Part shown: positions 1-14,000 of the stretch, piece after piece
How the letters are laid out: the number at the start of each line of letters is the position of its first letter
How positions within the stretch are numbered: position 1 is the first letter of the stretch
Source of the DNA: Epiperipatus broadwayi
Taxonomy: Eukaryota; Animalia; Onychophora
Assembly: GCA_028023455.1 (NCBI GenBank)
Contig: JAQFVV010000007.1
Span: 15,562,001-15,626,000, forward strand
Direction of reading: 5' to 3'
DNA length: 64,000 nucleotides
The notes under the pieces: generated by a model
The model's input: the letters and a program-made list of their open reading frames with translations, nothing else
Told to the model about the DNA's origin: nothing
Database searches by the model: none
Position numbers and translations under genes: made by a program

Positions 1-1
1 T

Positions 2-2734
2 CCACTTCAATCTTTTAATTTTTTCAATGATGTCAGTAAGACCTGTTTGTTCTCTTACCCATACATTGCGTTTTTGATCTCTTTTTGTTACTCCCAACAT
101 ACACCTCTCCATACTTCTTTGAGTGGTCTGAAGTCTCTGTATTGCTCTTCTATTGAGTGTCCAAGTCTCAGGTCCATAAGTAAGAACTGGTAAAACACAT
201 TTGTTAAAAACCTTCCTTTTCAAACACATAGGCATATTTCCTTTTAGTATCAAGTTATTTCTACCAAAAGCACTCCAACCAAGTTTAATTCTATGATTAA
301 TTTCCTCCATTATGTTTCCATCTGTATTAATAATCTGACCAAGGTATTTGTAACTGTTAACTTCTTCTAATTCATCATAATCAATCTTTATTTTCATATT
401 TTGAGCAAACCAATTAAACATTACTTTAGTCTTTTTAACATTTATCTTTAGTCCTACTTTCCTACTTTCATCTGATAACTCCTGCAACATTTCCTGCAGC
501 TCTGAAGCATTATTTGCAAAAACAACTACATCATCTGCGAAATCTAAATGACTTAAATAATCTCCATTTACTTTCACTCCTTTAGTTTCCCATTTTAATC
601 CACAAAATACTTCTTGCAGCACTGTTGTAAAAAGTTTTAGAGATATGGAGTCACCTTGTCTTACACCTTTCTCAATGTTGACTTTCCCAGTATCATTATG
701 TAATCTAATTGTTGCTGTTGCATTTTTATAATTATTCTTTAAAATATGACAATATCCTGGATCTATACCTTGATGATCCAATGCTTTAATCACTGAAGAA
801 ATGTTTATAGAATCAAATGCCTTTTCATAATCTACAAATCCAAAACATAATGACAACTCATATTCATTTGTCCTTTCTATAACTTCTCTCATTACCTGAA
901 TATGATCTACTGTACTAAAACCACTTTTAAATCCAGCTTGTTCTCTTGGTTGGTGGAAATCCAATGTTCTCTGTAGACGAGTTGTAATTATTTTGGTAAA
1001 AAATTTATATAAAACTGATAAAAGGCTGATAGGTCTGTAATTTCTAATATCTTCTTTATCACCTTTTTTAAATATTAATATTATTACTGCATTCTTCCAA
1101 TCATCCGGTACATCTTTATCATTTAGACATTTGGTATATAACTTTGCTAAAATTTTTTCTGTTTCTTCACCTGCTTCTTTTAATATATCAATTATAATTC
1201 CATCATTACCTGGAGCCTTTCCTTTCTTCATACATTTAATTGCATTTCTCACTTCTTCATTTAAAATTCTGGGCAATTCGGAAGATGTAATAGATATAGG
1301 ACGTACTTGATATTTATTACTATATAATTCTTGATAAAAATTTTCTACCAATTTCATGATGTCATCTCTCTTTTTAGTAATAATTCCATCTTTTTTCCTT
1401 ATTGCAGATATAAATTTCCTACCAATACCAAAATGTTGTTTTACATTCTTAAGACTTTTATTTTCTTCTACAGCTTTTCTTGCTAGTTCACAGTTATATT
1501 TTCTTATATCGTTTTCAACTCTTTTCCGCACCATTTTACAAAATTCGAGATATTCAATTCTTTTTAGTGCATCATTTTTGTATATCTTCATATTTCTTCT
1601 TTTCTTCATAAATTCTCTAGTTTCAATAGAAATTTTGTTGGTCAATTGCTGCTTTTGTCTACCAGCTATCTTTGTTGCAGTTTTTAAAAGTGTATCAGTT
1701 ATTTTCATATTAATTTCATTCAAATCTGAATTATGTTCAAAATCTACTAATACTTGAAATCGATTTGTAAGTTCTAATTTAAATTCATTAGAATGTTTCT
1801 GAAGATTAGGAATATCAACTGTAAATATTGTTTTTCTTAACAATTTTTGTCTTTCTAGTTTTACATTAACACGCATCTTGCACCTTACTAATCGATGATC
1901 ACTTCCTGTGTTAAATCTATTAAGAACATTACAATCTTGAAATATGTATTTCCTGTTAGTCAAAATATAATCCAATTCTGCTGTACCTTCATTTGGATGT
2001 TTCCATGTCCATTTTCTTTTAACATTTTTCTCAAAAAAAGAATTCATAATATAAAGTTTTTCTTTTTCTGCAAACTCCACAAGTCTATGTCCTCTCTCAT
2101 TTCTATTACCATAACCAAAATTACCTACAACACTTTCATCTTTCATTTGTTTACCAATTCTAGCATTAAAGTCTCCCATAACAATTTTAAAATGTTGTTT
2201 ACTCTTATCAAAAGCCTTTTGTACATCCATATAAAAATCTTCTACTACTTCATCACTATGAGAACTTGTTGGGGCATAAACCTGAATTATCTGCATTTGG
2301 TATCTGCTATTAAGTTGTATAACTAATCTTGCCACTCTGTCTGATACACCATCAATCTCCACAGTATTGTTCTTCCACTTTTTATTTATAATGAATCCTA
2401 CTCCACTTGTATTTCCAATATTTGTGCCTTTATAATAAAATATATGTCCACTTTTTAAATCAATTGTCTCTTTACCTTTTCTTCTAACTTCACAAAGTCC
2501 AATAATATCCCATTTAATATAAGAGAGAGCTTCTTCTAATTCTTGCAATCTTCTTTCACTTGAAAGTGATCTGCAGTTGTAAGTACCTAAATAAAAAGTT
2601 GTCATCAAATGGCAGCCTGGGTCCGCAATCAGTAGATTCTTAGCACTCTCCGCCTTCGGCCACCAACCGCTGCCTTGGTTGGTGACTTTACAGCCTCCTG
2701 GGAATAAGGGCCATGCTTTATTTTTGTCTGTCAT
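2..2734 (-). CDS. RTE ORF: APE-like endonuclease plus reverse transcriptase, at least 911 aa, open to the window edge
   Basis: I read the frame codon by codon and found no stop between ATG 2734 (alternative ATG 2605) and position 2. Endonuclease motifs: [52 protein letters not shown] motifs: [56 protein letters not shown]. The ORF track probably missed it because it has no stop in the window. Confidence 0.93.
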   Translation of the reverse strand, partial: MTDKNKAWPLFPGGCKVTNQGSGWWPKAESAKNLLIADPGCHLMTTFYLGTYNCRSLSSERRLQELEEALSYIKWDIIGLCEVRRKGKETIDLKSGHIFYYKGTNIGNTSGVGFIINKKWKNNTVEIDGVSDRVARLVIQLNSRYQMQIIQVYAPTSSHSDEVVEDFYMDVQKAFDKSKQHFKIVMGDFNARIGKQMKDESVVGNFGYGNRNERGHRLVEFAEKEKLYIMNSFFEKNVKRKWTWKHPNEGTAELDYILTNRKYIFQDCNVLNRFNTGSDHRLVRCKMRVNVKLERQKLLRKTIFTVDIPNLQKHSNEFKLELTNRFQVLVDFEHNSDLNEINMKITDTLLKTATKIAGRQKQQLTNKISIETREFMKKRRNMKIYKNDALKRIEYLEFCKMVRKRVENDIRKYNCELARKAVEENKSLKNVKQHFGIGRKFISAIRKKDGIITKKRDDIMKLVENFYQELYSNKYQVRPISITSSELPRILNEEVRNAIKCMKKGKAPGNDGIIIDILKEAGEETEKILAKLYTKCLNDKDVPDDWKNAVIILIFKKGDKEDIRNYRPISLLSVLYKFFTKIITTRLQRTLDFHQPREQAGFKSGFSTVDHIQVMREVIERTNEYELSLCFGFVDYEKAFDSINISSVIKALDHQGIDPGYCHILKNNYKNATATIRLHNDTGKVNIEKGVRQGDSISLKLFTTVLQEVFCGLKWETKGVKVNGDYLSHLDFADDVVVFANNASELQEMLQELSDESRKVGLKINVKKTKVMFNWFAQNMKIKIDYDELEEVNSYKYLGQIINTDGNIMEEINHRIKLGWSAFGRNNLILKGNMPMCLKRKVFNKCVLPVLTYGPETWTLNRRAIQRLQTTQRSMERCMLGVTKRDQKRNVWVREQTGLTDIIEKIKRLKW

Positions 2735-2895
2735 AATTGTACATATGTATTGGAAAAATATTTATCATTTACACAAACATTCATTCTGCCTTATCAGGCA
2801 CTGAGAAGAAAGACCATGGTGTTTCTCGATCTTAAACTCAGAGGTAAAAAGCCAAAAAACTCACCACACTGGCTAATGCATGTTGGTGAGCAGCC

Positions 2896-3060
2896 CATCC
2901 ATGTTCATATACTATATGAATAAACACATAGTAATAACAGCTGCAATGACAAGAACGTATGGAGTGGACATTAGGAATTTGCCCTGCTCGGTTCCTTTAA
3001 GGCCTCCAAGAGGAATCAAAGGGTCTCCTTTCAGTTAATAGCAAACTCCTTTCTGCAGCC
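2896..3060 (-). ncRNA. HDV-like (nested double pseudoknot) ribozyme fold at the RTE 5' end, probably inactivated by point mutations
   Basis: P1 GGCUGCA (3060-3054) pairs with P1' UGCAGCU (2945-2939), with the canonical G.U first pair. The J1/2 hairpin is AGGAGUUUGC/GCAAAUUCCU. P2 is UCCAU/AUGGA, P3 is ACG/CAU, L3 is UUCUUGU, P4 is UACUAUGUG/CAUAUAGUA and J4/2 is UGAAC. The order of elements matches CPEB3/HDV-type ribozymes. Confidence 0.75.
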
Positions 3061-3501
3061 ATATATATATATATGCCCACCAAATATCAATTATATATCA
3101 TTTAGAATGTACATTAGTATTTTTTACAGTTTAACACAAATTTTATGCTAGGATAATTTTGAGGCAAGAAACCTGCTTTTCAGCACATTGCTTGACACTT
3201 ATTCATATATATAAAATTTGACAATTGTCTGTATTTTGAAATCAGTTCTGTAAACAAATAGACATGTAATAGAAAATTTTTATATATTATAATGGATTAT
3301 TTGGCTTTAAAAGTATGTATATGAGAGGATTTCGGATGAAGAAATATCCACAAGTCCAAAGGTTAAATAACTAAGCTCATAAAATGAGTTTCTGGGACAT
3401 AAAAGGTTCTACACGTAGATATGCTGTATAATACTACCCATGATGTCACTGGCGACCTCTACTATATATATAAATGTCAGGATTCAGATATGGTATTAAA
3501 G

Positions 3502-3894
3502 CAGGCATGGGCAATTGTTTTGGCTCAAGGGCCGCAGAAGTAAGTGGAGGGCCGCATCGGGGCCATTTTCTGGAAGCAAAGATTAGTGGAAGGCCACACC
3601 CTTTTTCATGGCATTTGTTTGTCCATTCTTCATTAAACACACAACATGCATCACCGATCTTACATTTTTTTCAGAGGGTTTATAGACAAAATTGAAATTA
3701 ACCAGATCAACTAGAAAAGCACTGCACATCGTATCTACACTGCACATGTGTATTGAGATGGCAATCTTAGTGGAAAATACAAGATGAGTCTTCATTCGCA
3801 CACGGGAAGGAAATCTCAATTCAAGGGGGATTTTTCTGATTGTCTTGGCGGGCCGCATAAAAACTCTTAGCGGGCCACTATTTTCCCACCCCTG
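3502..3894. mobile_element. Non-autonomous hAT-type MITE (393 bp)
   Basis: TIRs are CAGGCATGGGCAA...TTTCCCACCCCTG. The 8-bp TSD is tattaaag/tattagag (7/8 match). Subterminal GGGCCGCA motifs are repeated. It explains the GC-rich ORFs at 3446-3858. Confidence 0.85.
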
Positions 3895-4145
3895 TATTAG
3901 AGGGATATCTCTAAATATGAAAGGAATAAGAAATCCAACAAATATTAATGAACAGTTCTATTAACGTTATTTCAAAAATAGTTATATTTATACAGATATT
4001 AACGATGACTTGTCTCAAGAATACGATGACTTTCTACATGTGTATAATATGTGTACATAAATTATTTCTCTTTTGCATGTGTAAAAAATGCACTAGTAAT
4101 GTTTAATTACTTTTCATACAAAAAAAAAACACTGGAAAAAGAAAT

Positions 4146-4336
4146 AACATGATGTAGTTTCACCATAATCATATATAAAGAAGGCTCCATATGACTTTAC
4201 CCCCCCCCCCCATATCTATTTATCTTAATACAAATTTCAAAACATGATGTAGTTTCACCATAATCATATATAAAGAAGGCTCCATATGACTTTACCCCCC
4301 CCCCCATATCTATTTATCTTAATACAAATTTCAAAA
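4146..4336. repeat. Near-perfect ~95-bp tandem duplication containing a poly-C run
   Basis: aacatgatgtagtttcacc...caaatttcaaa occurs twice. The copies differ only in poly-C length. Confidence 0.9.
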
Positions 4337-5694
4337 TACTTCCTTTTTCAAGAACATGGTCATTCCAATTATTTTTTATTTTCATGTAAAATTTAATTGC
4401 CATCCAAACTTTTCTACATTTTCCTAATCCATTTTTATGTTATTTTTTTAAGGTGCCCATCAATTTGACATCATTTCCTGGTGATTGTGTTAACAGCATT
4501 TTCCCCTAAAGTGGTACTCAAAATTGTCTATCACCTGTTTGCATTTTCAGACTGCTCAAAAGCACATGCATACAGTAAATTCTTACCATTTTTTTTTTTT
4601 TGGTTTTCAGTTGTTCATGTTTTAGATCTACACATGGCCCACTTCCAGACAAAACATTTTGATAGTTTTTTCTCAATTCTTAATATCATTGGTTGCATAC
4701 ATATAATTTAAGTTTTCTTACCCTGGTGCTATTTTAACATTTTTATATGGAATATTTGTTATTGGTATATCCCTTGTCATCACATCTATATGGCTATATA
4801 TCGTCAGCCATTAGATAAAAATTTCCTCACACTTTCTGAAAGCTCAAATAAAACACCAGGAAGTTGTGAGAAGAACCATTTTCTAATTCCAATTTAAATT
4901 ACTGATATCAAGATATAATATAGTTAAATAAAATTAAAATATTTATTTTAATAAATGCAAACAAGAAATAAATATTGGTGTGGTTTATTGCCAAAGAATT
5001 CAAATGCTTTGGGCCCTAGAAGTGATAGAACTAAAGCCATAATTTATGCTTCCCATGCTCCAGAGACTATCACTCATCATTGCAATTAACCATACCAGAA
5101 ATTCAAGCATTTATCTTTATTTGACGTAATTAAAAATATTACTCATCAGAATCATTACTTACATATCTAAAAAAAATGTTGCTGAAAAAAAAAAAAAGAA
5201 TGAAAATAATTTTTAATTATTTTATTATAAATAGCAGAAACACTTTATAGGTTTTAATCTAATGGTAAAGTTATTGATTCCTTAGCAAAAGATAACTTGA
5301 TTGAGTCTTCCATATAACTAGTTAAATGAAGTTGCTTTTTTTAATCATAACATTTGTTTTTGCTATAAATAAATAAAAATTACTTACAAGTGTTATATAA
5401 CATCATGCTCATTTAAAAACACCATACTTATAAAAATTTAATGTGTGCCCAATAATATATTTTGGTTATAATAATAAATTTTTAACATAGTGATTGGTAA
5501 AGATTATTTGAATAAAACCTTCTAGAATATAGATTTACCATCATAGAGATACAGAAATATATCCTTTAAAAGACGTTAATGATTCTTTGAATGGAGAGTC
5601 TTTTATATATCTTTACTTAATTTACTTTGTTTTTAAATCTGCCTGGATAAAATCTTGCTATTCAATTTTCATCACTTCCCAATTTCTGATCTTG

Positions 5695-6108
5695 TTGGAA
5701 CTTTTTACTTATGGATCTGAGACTTGGACACTTGTTAGAAGAGCAATGCAGAGACTTCAAACCACTCAAAGAAGTATGGAGAGATGCATGTTGGGAGTAA
5801 CGAAAAGAGATTGAAAATGCAATATATAGGTAAGAGAACAAACAGGTGTTACTGACCTCATTGAAAAAATTAAAAGATTGAAGTGCAGTTGGGCTGGACA
5901 TATTACTAAAAATGATAATAGATAGACAATTAAAATCTTAAACCGGATTCCAAGAGATTGTAAAAGACCCAGAAAGAGACCACATGTGAGATGGATGGAT
6001 GAAATAAAATGTACAGGGGTGATGTGGAGAAGAGAAGCTAAAGATAGGAGATGGATTGAACTTGGAGAGATCTTCATCCTGCAGTGTACTGATAATGGAT
6101 GATGATAA
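5695..6108 (+). mobile_element. RTE 3' fragment (5'-truncated, degraded)
   Basis: Translates to [30 protein letters not shown]... and ends at ctgataatggatgatgat. Same family as 1-3060. Confidence 0.9.
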
Positions 6109-6605
6109 CAGTCCAGAAGCCATTACAATTTTTTTAAATATCATAAATAAAAGCATGAGGGCACTCACGTTTACAAGTAAAGTAGACAGTTATGTTTTGC
6201 ATCCAATTTTAATAGGCTTCTTATCAAGCAAAAATTACAACTTAACATTTTAAACTTAATATTCTTTATCAGATTATTATGTATATCTAATTCCTATTTA
6301 TGTAAAATGCACCCCACACTTTAATTTATAAAAGCTGGAAAAATTATTATTTTTTTACTTTTTAGTAGTATAAGCACTTTAATTTTTTTAAAAATATTAT
6401 TCAGTTTTAGTAGAAGTTTGAAAGAATTGTCAATTCATTAAATGCAAATTATAAAGACAGCAAATTTAGTACATAAAGAAAAATTGCTTAAAATTTTGAT
6501 CTAATTCTAAGCAACTTTGTGATAAGAGAATTTGTACAAGCGTATATATATATACTGTATTTTAATAAATTGTAAAAATAAATTAGATTAGGTAATCTGA
6601 TTGTA

Positions 6606-7010
6606 GTTGTATTTTTATATTGGACTATTTCCATCATCTAATATGCGTATTTAATGTCTCAGTTGGTTAGAGCATTATCTTAAAATTCAATACTCAAGAA
6701 TCTAAGGGTCCAGGTTCGAATCCCATGCTAGTACTGTCCACTAGTCAGGCCAGCAATACCTGAAAAATGGTAGGTCACTATGCGGAAGTGGCGTCCTTAT
6801 ATGTATTGGTGGAGAGGGAAGAATAATACATCTCCAAACATTGTGCAGATACTAACCTGTTTGATGTGCTATTACTAATAGTTGAATGTATTTGGAATAT
6901 TTAAATAAAGTTAAATTTTTCTAAAGACATTCAATACGCATATTAGATGATGGAAATAGTCCAATATAAAAATACAACCAGAATACCATCATCACAAATC
7001 TTCAGGAAAA
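6606..7010 (+). mobile_element. Family C fold-back element with tRNA-derived head
   Basis: 54-bp inverted arms at 6606-6659 and 6925-6978 (about 1 mismatch). Internal A-box-like ctcagttggttagagca and B-box ggttcgaatccc at 6658-6724. Homologous to 40724-41185 and 26095-26310. Confidence 0.8.
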
Positions 7011-9534
7011 CATTAGATAATCTGATGTTTTTATTTTGGTAAGTCAATAAATAATAATAATTGAATAGTTTATTGCTTAAAATTTATAATGTTTGAGCAC
7101 TGGAATTGATAACTGGAGCCATGAATGTGGTTACTTTCCATCGAACTCATCCACATAGACCATGTCAATAAGTGAAAAAAATATTCATATTTGGGTATTT
7201 TGAATGAAAACAAAAAAATCTGTTCTTTTCTCAGATTTATTTACAAATGAATATATTTTCCAATTTTTTCTAGTACTCATAAATTATGAAAGATCTGATG
7301 ATAGTAGTTAGTACACCGCTCGTCATGCTTACAATTCGCTGTTTGAATGTGGCCTGAAGGATCCCTGATATTCTTTCATTTCGCAAAGATGCTCAAAATT
7401 TCTTTTTCCTTTTTATAGATGGCAGGCACATAGGTAAATCAGCTACCATCTAATAGTGGACTGCAAATGATTATCTAGTTATTTTAATTAGAAAAATAAA
7501 AATCCCAGGTTAATCTTATTGGGTCAGATAAGTGCCGATATACTGACTGTAAAAAAAAAGATTGAAGATGTCATATTCCTATGGGCACCAGTTATACAGT
7601 TGTCTTTATTAATTGCTCAAAGCAAGGAACTTTTGTATATAATAATAAATAAATAAATTTGATAACTGAATACATTGTTTTACCGAAAGAACATGGCCCC
7701 GTATACGTTTGTATACATGCAGCATATACCTATTTATAGTTTAGTTTTCTGCCTTTATTATGTTTACTTAGTAAACTGGAAAAAAAAGATGATTTTAAAT
7801 CCTTTTCTTTCAATAAAACAGTGAAATTTTCTGCTTTTTTCTTCTTCTTTTCTCTTTTGAATAATTGAAAACTTTTATTTTAAATTAAGGATTCTTTAAT
7901 AAATTATTACCGAATCTGCTCATAAATTATGACCAGAAAGTTATTTTCACTCACTATCTTTCAAGCAGTAATATTATAACTTCATACATTCGATTTTTTT
8001 TTTCTGTTCCATTTTTTTTTCATTATTTATAAATGAAAATGATACTTAAGAAGCCAACAAACTTTTTTTTCTTTCTTTCTTAAAATTTACAAAGATCAAT
8101 TTTTTTTTTTTTTTAAAGGAAGAAAAATACTTTATATATATATTAGCAAAAAAAAAAAAAAAAATGTTGCTATTTGATTTATTAAACATTTTAAACTCTT
8201 GTTTAATAAGTTTAGTAGCTTGAAAACGTTTTATTTAAAAAAAAAAAAGATAAAGCAACGGGAGATTTTTGAATAATTTATATCTTGTTAAATATTATTT
8301 GTTTGATAATAAAATATTGATATCTATTAGTCTTTTAAATTATTATTTATAACCTTAGATAAATATTTATATTAATTTGCATTTACAAACCAAGCCAACT
8401 ATCCACGTCACAATATGTATTCTCTGTTTGAAGGCTGTAGTTAATGCATCTATCTGACATAAACACGATCAGGGTTTGAATCAGGTAAAATTTAGATATA
8501 TTTTTAGGTTACTGTCCAGAAAGTGAAATTCATAATTATCCGCATTTGAATCTAGGCAAAACCTAGGTATTTTATTCAATTTACTTTATATATTTAATGA
8601 AATTTAGGATTTTTTTTTTTCCCGGTAGTCATACTTAGTTTATTAATCAGTAAATCGGTATCCAGCTATTCGGCTATTAAAACAGGCAAAACTCTCCATA
8701 CAATGCAAGCCATAGTGATCATAGGATATTCGGCTATTCTTATTTAGCAGAAAAGTTTCCAAAGAGAATCTGGAATTAGAATCCAAGTAAAAGCTGGACT
8801 ACGGAAGACTTGTAAACAAACCTAGATTTTTTCTCCCAAGTATTTAAGGTAGCCACTTAGATTAATAACTTGATATTTAACATTTCTTTTTTTTACCTGG
8901 AGAATAAGGTTTCCAAGGATAATCGGGATTTCAATCCAGGAAAGACTGGGATGTTCCCCCCCCCCCCAATTTTCTAAGGATTTATAAGCAAAACTAAGAT
9001 ATATATTTTTTAAAATAGGCAAGCTAATTGCCTATCTCATTATCGATCAGTAAATTGGAATCTAGTTCTTCTTAACTGGGCTGTAAAGTTACCAAGGATA
9101 ATCTGGATCAGTCAGATTAATGTTGAAGTATTGATCATAAATAAAAGAATTAATTTAATGTGATTCAGCTTCATCACCCATGAGATAATTGTTAATTGAC
9201 TACAATTCAGCCTTTACCAACCACAATACCATCTCCAAATGATGAAATCATGTTTATACTTTAACTAAAGGCAGACTGAGCAACCAGAAATTAATCAAGG
9301 AATAGGCATTGTCCACCACTTTCATAATGAGCCATTATACATCATAGTCAAATCTATTTTTTTATTTCAATGCTGCCATCTAGTCTAACCTTGAGTAATC
9401 GAACTACTATCACCTCTATATAAGTATCTAACTTAAATTCAAATAACATTAAGATGCTTTTGAAATTTAGACTGGAAGCTCCACGATGATTGTAAATAAT
9501 AATAAGTATATTAGATTCTAAAAATTCAGGGTAT

Positions 9535-9605
9535 TAGATCCAAAATTCTTCAACGATGAAAGCCATATGCTAGAAAGTAGTCTAGAAATATGAATAAGAC
9601 ACCAC
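9535..9605 (+). repeat. Degenerate family A fragment (hammerhead-like core)
   Basis: cgatgaaagccatatgctagaaagtagtctag aligns with the core at 23371-23405. Confidence 0.6.
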
Positions 9606-10944
9606 CTTTTGATAATTATCAATTACTGAAACTTACACTAGATGGTAAAACAGATTTTACCAGCCTTGTATTATACTCTCCTGATGAAATGACTACTGCA
9701 TAATCTGTCATTGCCATGACTAGAATCCAAATTCAAGATAGTATTAGATTTTCTTGAGATATAAGATGTTTTTTCAAACAAGCTTCAAATTTCTTTAGAG
9801 GGTCATTTCACAATCAATTTAGATACTATTTTAATACTGGTTAGTAAATGGATATTTGATTATTTTAAAACTCTTTACAGACCGTCTTCAGAAATTGTCC
9901 TTATGCAGGCCATAAACAATGAATATGTTTGTAATAAATTTTTATTAATAAGGAAGTGCGAAATGTGTAATGACAAAGTACAAATATATATGTAACAAAA
10001 ATATTTAATCATAATGAAATTTGAAATTACAGTCTGCAGGAGGATGTGGACAATAATAATTATTATAAGAGGCAAAACTCTGATTTAATAGCTTGGGAAG
10101 GCATATAAAATCGTGATTATGTGATGTTTGGTGGTTTTATTATTATTGATATTTAAAATTGTCAAATTGGGCTTTCAATATAGCGCATATTCATCAAAGC
10201 TAGACTAAAATTTATTTTAGTAACTTCGCAATATATATGTATACTCATTATAAATTAAAATATCACTTACTGCTGAAAGGAATCGTATTGGCTCTTTAAT
10301 GGTACATTTTGTATTAATTATCTGCCTCAAACTCTTATTTTATTATTTCTAATCCATAGGTAAAGCATTTTGGTATTATTAGATTTAGTAATGACCAGTC
10401 TCTTTTCTCAAGCTCAAAAAAGTGGAGAACAATATGTGCTGTTCTAATCTTTAAATTTGTGTTTATGATATTATGAAGCCAACATTGAGCATTATGAGTA
10501 ATCTATTACAAAAGTTTTTTGGAAAAAAATATTATCATGAGTACTGTCACATAAAAGTAACATCACCAGGGATCCTTAAGCCCAGTCCTGGCACTAAAGT
10601 GAAATAGTAATACAATCAGGAATTAAATGGTCAATGGCAAACTATCAAATAGTACAGCATAAAATTAGAAATAGACCAGAAGCACTAGCAATAGTGGATT
10701 GCAGTTTTTGGATAATAATACAATAATTAAAATAATTTTTAATTGGATTTTAGGAATGGATCTACATCAATATGAATAAAAATGATCATAAGATAGGAAA
10801 CTAATAAGATATCACATGATCCCAGAATTGCACAATATTGTTCAATAGCTTACTCTTTTTTTCTCACCAGTTACACCACCTATTATAAGATTTAATAAAC
10901 AATAAATGTCAGATAAGTGTTTAATAAATCATTACCCAGAGCTA

Positions 10945-11010
10945 TTCTGTCTAATATCTCCAGACTAGTTTTTTAGCTTATGGCTTTCATCAGGGAGGTT
11001 TCAAGTTTAG
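10945..11010 (-). repeat. Family A fragment (hammerhead-like core)
   Basis: The minus strand reads CTGATGAAAGCCATAAGCTAAAAAACTAGTCTGGAG. Confidence 0.7.
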
Positions 11011-14000
11011 AAGCAATACACCTGGATTTTTTTTTGATCTAATACATTTTTCCCCCCTTTAGCAGGCATCTTTTACTCCCTTGGTTTCTGATAGTTTGAT
11101 AGTAAAACAAAGATCTAAAGGATGGCAAGATTTTTTAAAAATATAAAATGAATCAGATTCTGATCGCTCACATTCTCAACCACCATGTGCAATTTCAAAT
11201 CTGTATCAGCTAAATCTTAACCTATATTAATAAATCAGTCTTATTAAACTTTTCTTTACATAACCTGTTGAGACTCTCAATTGATTAAGAAGAAATGAAA
11301 TAAAGGAATATACAAGAGTCAGATCTGCATTTTCTTTCTTCTAGAGTTTGTTTAAAAAGACTTTTGTTAGCATGGCTGATGTCATGGTCTTAATTTATAA
11401 AATCATAATTTTGCTCCTGTAGTTTATCCAATTGAATTAATGTGAATGTTTCAAATATTTATGGAAAATTGTCAAATTTATTGTAGCAGTTCTATACATA
11501 TGAATAGGATTTTTTTTTTTTCAAAAAGTTAGTCTGCAGATTCTCAATGAATTTCATGGCAAGAGAAGATGTGTAGGGTTAAATGCATCTTTTTATAAAT
11601 TTATGAAGTATATGGAGCAAAGAAGAAATAATAACAAATAGGGCAAAATTTAGTGAATCATATCTAAACTGTGAGCCAATAGGACAGAGTTACATTAGCA
11701 GAGTTATTGCAAAATTTTTGGAAATGGTTTGGACTAAGTTGCATAATGGACATTTTAGATCAACAGATAGGATTATTACCATCATTCATCAGAGCAGAGT
11801 TCCTAAAAGATTGCTTATCATTGGAAACAAGAATTAAACCAACATTGATTCCATTCTTAAGATTTACATATGATAAGTTCAACTGCTACAGGAGATGAAG
11901 TCAGCTGGATGAAATTTTTTTGAAAATTTTCAGGTGTACGATCGAAAAATTAATAATGTTAATATATTATTGAGTTATGTAATACTATTATTTCTTGACA
12001 TTATTTACTGTGTATTAAACAGTCTAATAATTAGTCACTTGAGAGGTCATTGACATTTGAACATCAGAACTAGTAGATGATGTTTCAATCCAGACAGTTT
12101 CTATCACTGTGCCAAGTAGGGACAGCGAGTAATATCTGTAAATTAAAAGCCCCCCCCCCACCCTATAATTCCGTACTTATGGGTCAGCATTTTTTTTTTT
12201 TTTAATATTTAAAATGTTTTATATTTTAAAAATCAAAGTAAAAAATAAAGCATTAAAATTGGTTTTATTTAATGCCAATTTATCCCCCCCCCCTCCCGCG
12301 TTGTCATTTGAGACCTTTCTTTAATTTGAGAAATTTTTACTAACAGTTATAAATCTTTAAAAAATAATATAAAAAAAGGCATGATGTTATCATTAATAAC
12401 TTATAAGCATAATGATAGTTGTTATTTATTTATTTTGTTTCCATGTTGGAAGATTTGTAGTGTATTTAATTATAAATAGGCTAGTGTTTTGTTTTTTTTT
12501 GTAAGGAAACATGGGTATTTTCTTGTATGTGGTGAGCGGAGGGAGGGAGATAATCAAACCTAATGTTCAAGTTAAATAATAAATGTAGTATAAATAACAT
12601 AACTGTTTCATTTGCTTTAAAATTTACAATTATAATTAGATGAAACACGATATATTTTACGTAAGATATAAATAAAAACAATTCTGTTTAAAAAAAAAAA
12701 AAACAATTAATTAAATTTAACAAATTAGTGAATAATTTTAAGGAATACTGTATGCGTTTTTTTATTTATTTTAATTAAAATGTATTTCATTAACAATTTT
12801 AAATGAAAAATATGGATTACTTCTACTGTATTGCACAGTTTTAGTATCCCCCCCCCCCGCGCCATAGAATTGTTTATTGCCTCTGGATTTCATAAGATAT
12901 TCAAGCACTGAAAGTGTGAAAACTGGTCCTGATAGTCAGCTTCAGATCCTGTATCGCTGTACCAAAAAATAATAAATTTTGTTGCATGGGAATTCATAAA
13001 AAAATTCAAGTTTCAGAAGTTTAAAGAATTGGATCATGCCCCAGAAATGCCAGAACTGAGTCAGAATCCATGCATTTTGAGTGCAAAAAATTTGAACAAT
13101 AAGTTTGTTACTTGGGAAGCCATTAAAAGTTTAAGCACTAGAAATATTAGATCTGGGCTATGATCCCGGGATCTTGAGTTCCAAAATCTGCCACTCTCTT
13201 GCTGCCCCAAACCATGCAAGGCTAGATTGAATTGACAACCACCATTTAATACTATGTGGACAATTGCAATAAAGTTTTTTTTTTTAAAAAAAGTTATGTT
13301 TGCCGGAAAGAGAAATTATCCAGGAAATTCTGCATCATTTTATGTTGGCAACCTAAGACTGACTCCATTAGCTATCCAGTAAAAAGATAAAAGTGAAAAT
13401 AGTGTTTAAATAATTGTAGCTGAGCAAAGACTTCTCCAACATTTCCTAAAGAAATAGAAAAACTTCTACTCATTAGACTTGCTAATTTCTAATTGGTGAA
13501 TATTTAGTGTTTTAATATTGTCTTTGTTTTAGCCTCTAACTAAGAATGACCAAAAACATTTATTGATCAATATTAGAATGGCTTCCCTGGATTGTCTTTG
13601 TGACAGTTAATTACAAAAAAAAAAAAACTAATACCTCAGCCTCTAAATTTTTTCACCTGACCTGGATTGGAACTTAGTACTCATACTAATGAATTAACTA
13701 GGGTGGATTATGGGTAATGAAAAATTTAAGGATATAACAGTAATAGCTTAATGACCCCAACATAGGTAGATCTTATTAGATATGCCAAACTGTGTTCTGC
13801 AATAATTTATTTTCTGATTGGAACATTACTGAATACTCAGCCTATGATGAATAGAAATGTGAAAATCAAAAATTCTTAAAATAGAAAAGAATGATAACCA
13901 TGTGAAAGAAAAATGGTGATAGCAGTAACATTCCATGAAAGAAAAATGGGATGTCTAGCTACTCTTAATGATTAAAGCTAGTACATATTTTCAATTGGTT

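Larger units (their letters stand above)
1..3060 (-). mobile_element. Full-length RTE-clade non-LTR retrotransposon (3' end lies beyond the left edge)
   Basis: The 5' end at 3060 abuts an (AT)7 tract. It is followed by a ~325-bp 5' UTR and a single endonuclease-RT ORF. The 3' part is the same family as the truncated copy at 50388-51480. Confidence 0.93.

Noticed and set aside
1356-2326. Plus-strand ORFs of 133 and 143 aa
   Set aside because: They are antisense shadows of the RTE ORF. The same applies to the ORFs at 5662-6168, 19354-19566, 30423-30656 and 50986-51512.
4713-4812. Hydrophobic peptide FSYPGAILTFLYGIFVIGISLVITSIWLY resembling the last helix of SLC35A nucleotide-sugar transporters
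   Set aside because: Weak acceptor, an in-frame stop just upstream, and no other exons found. Hydrophobic strings arise easily in T-rich DNA. A tBLASTn would settle it.
7332-7445. AG/GT-bounded open segments (minus: HLCEMKEYQGSFRPHSNSE; plus: 15-nt micro-exon atggcaggcacatag)
   Set aside because: No recognisable homology or partner exons.
11500-11950. Possible Tc1/mariner transposase remnant
   Set aside because: No DD(E/D) motif or convincing TIR could be read.
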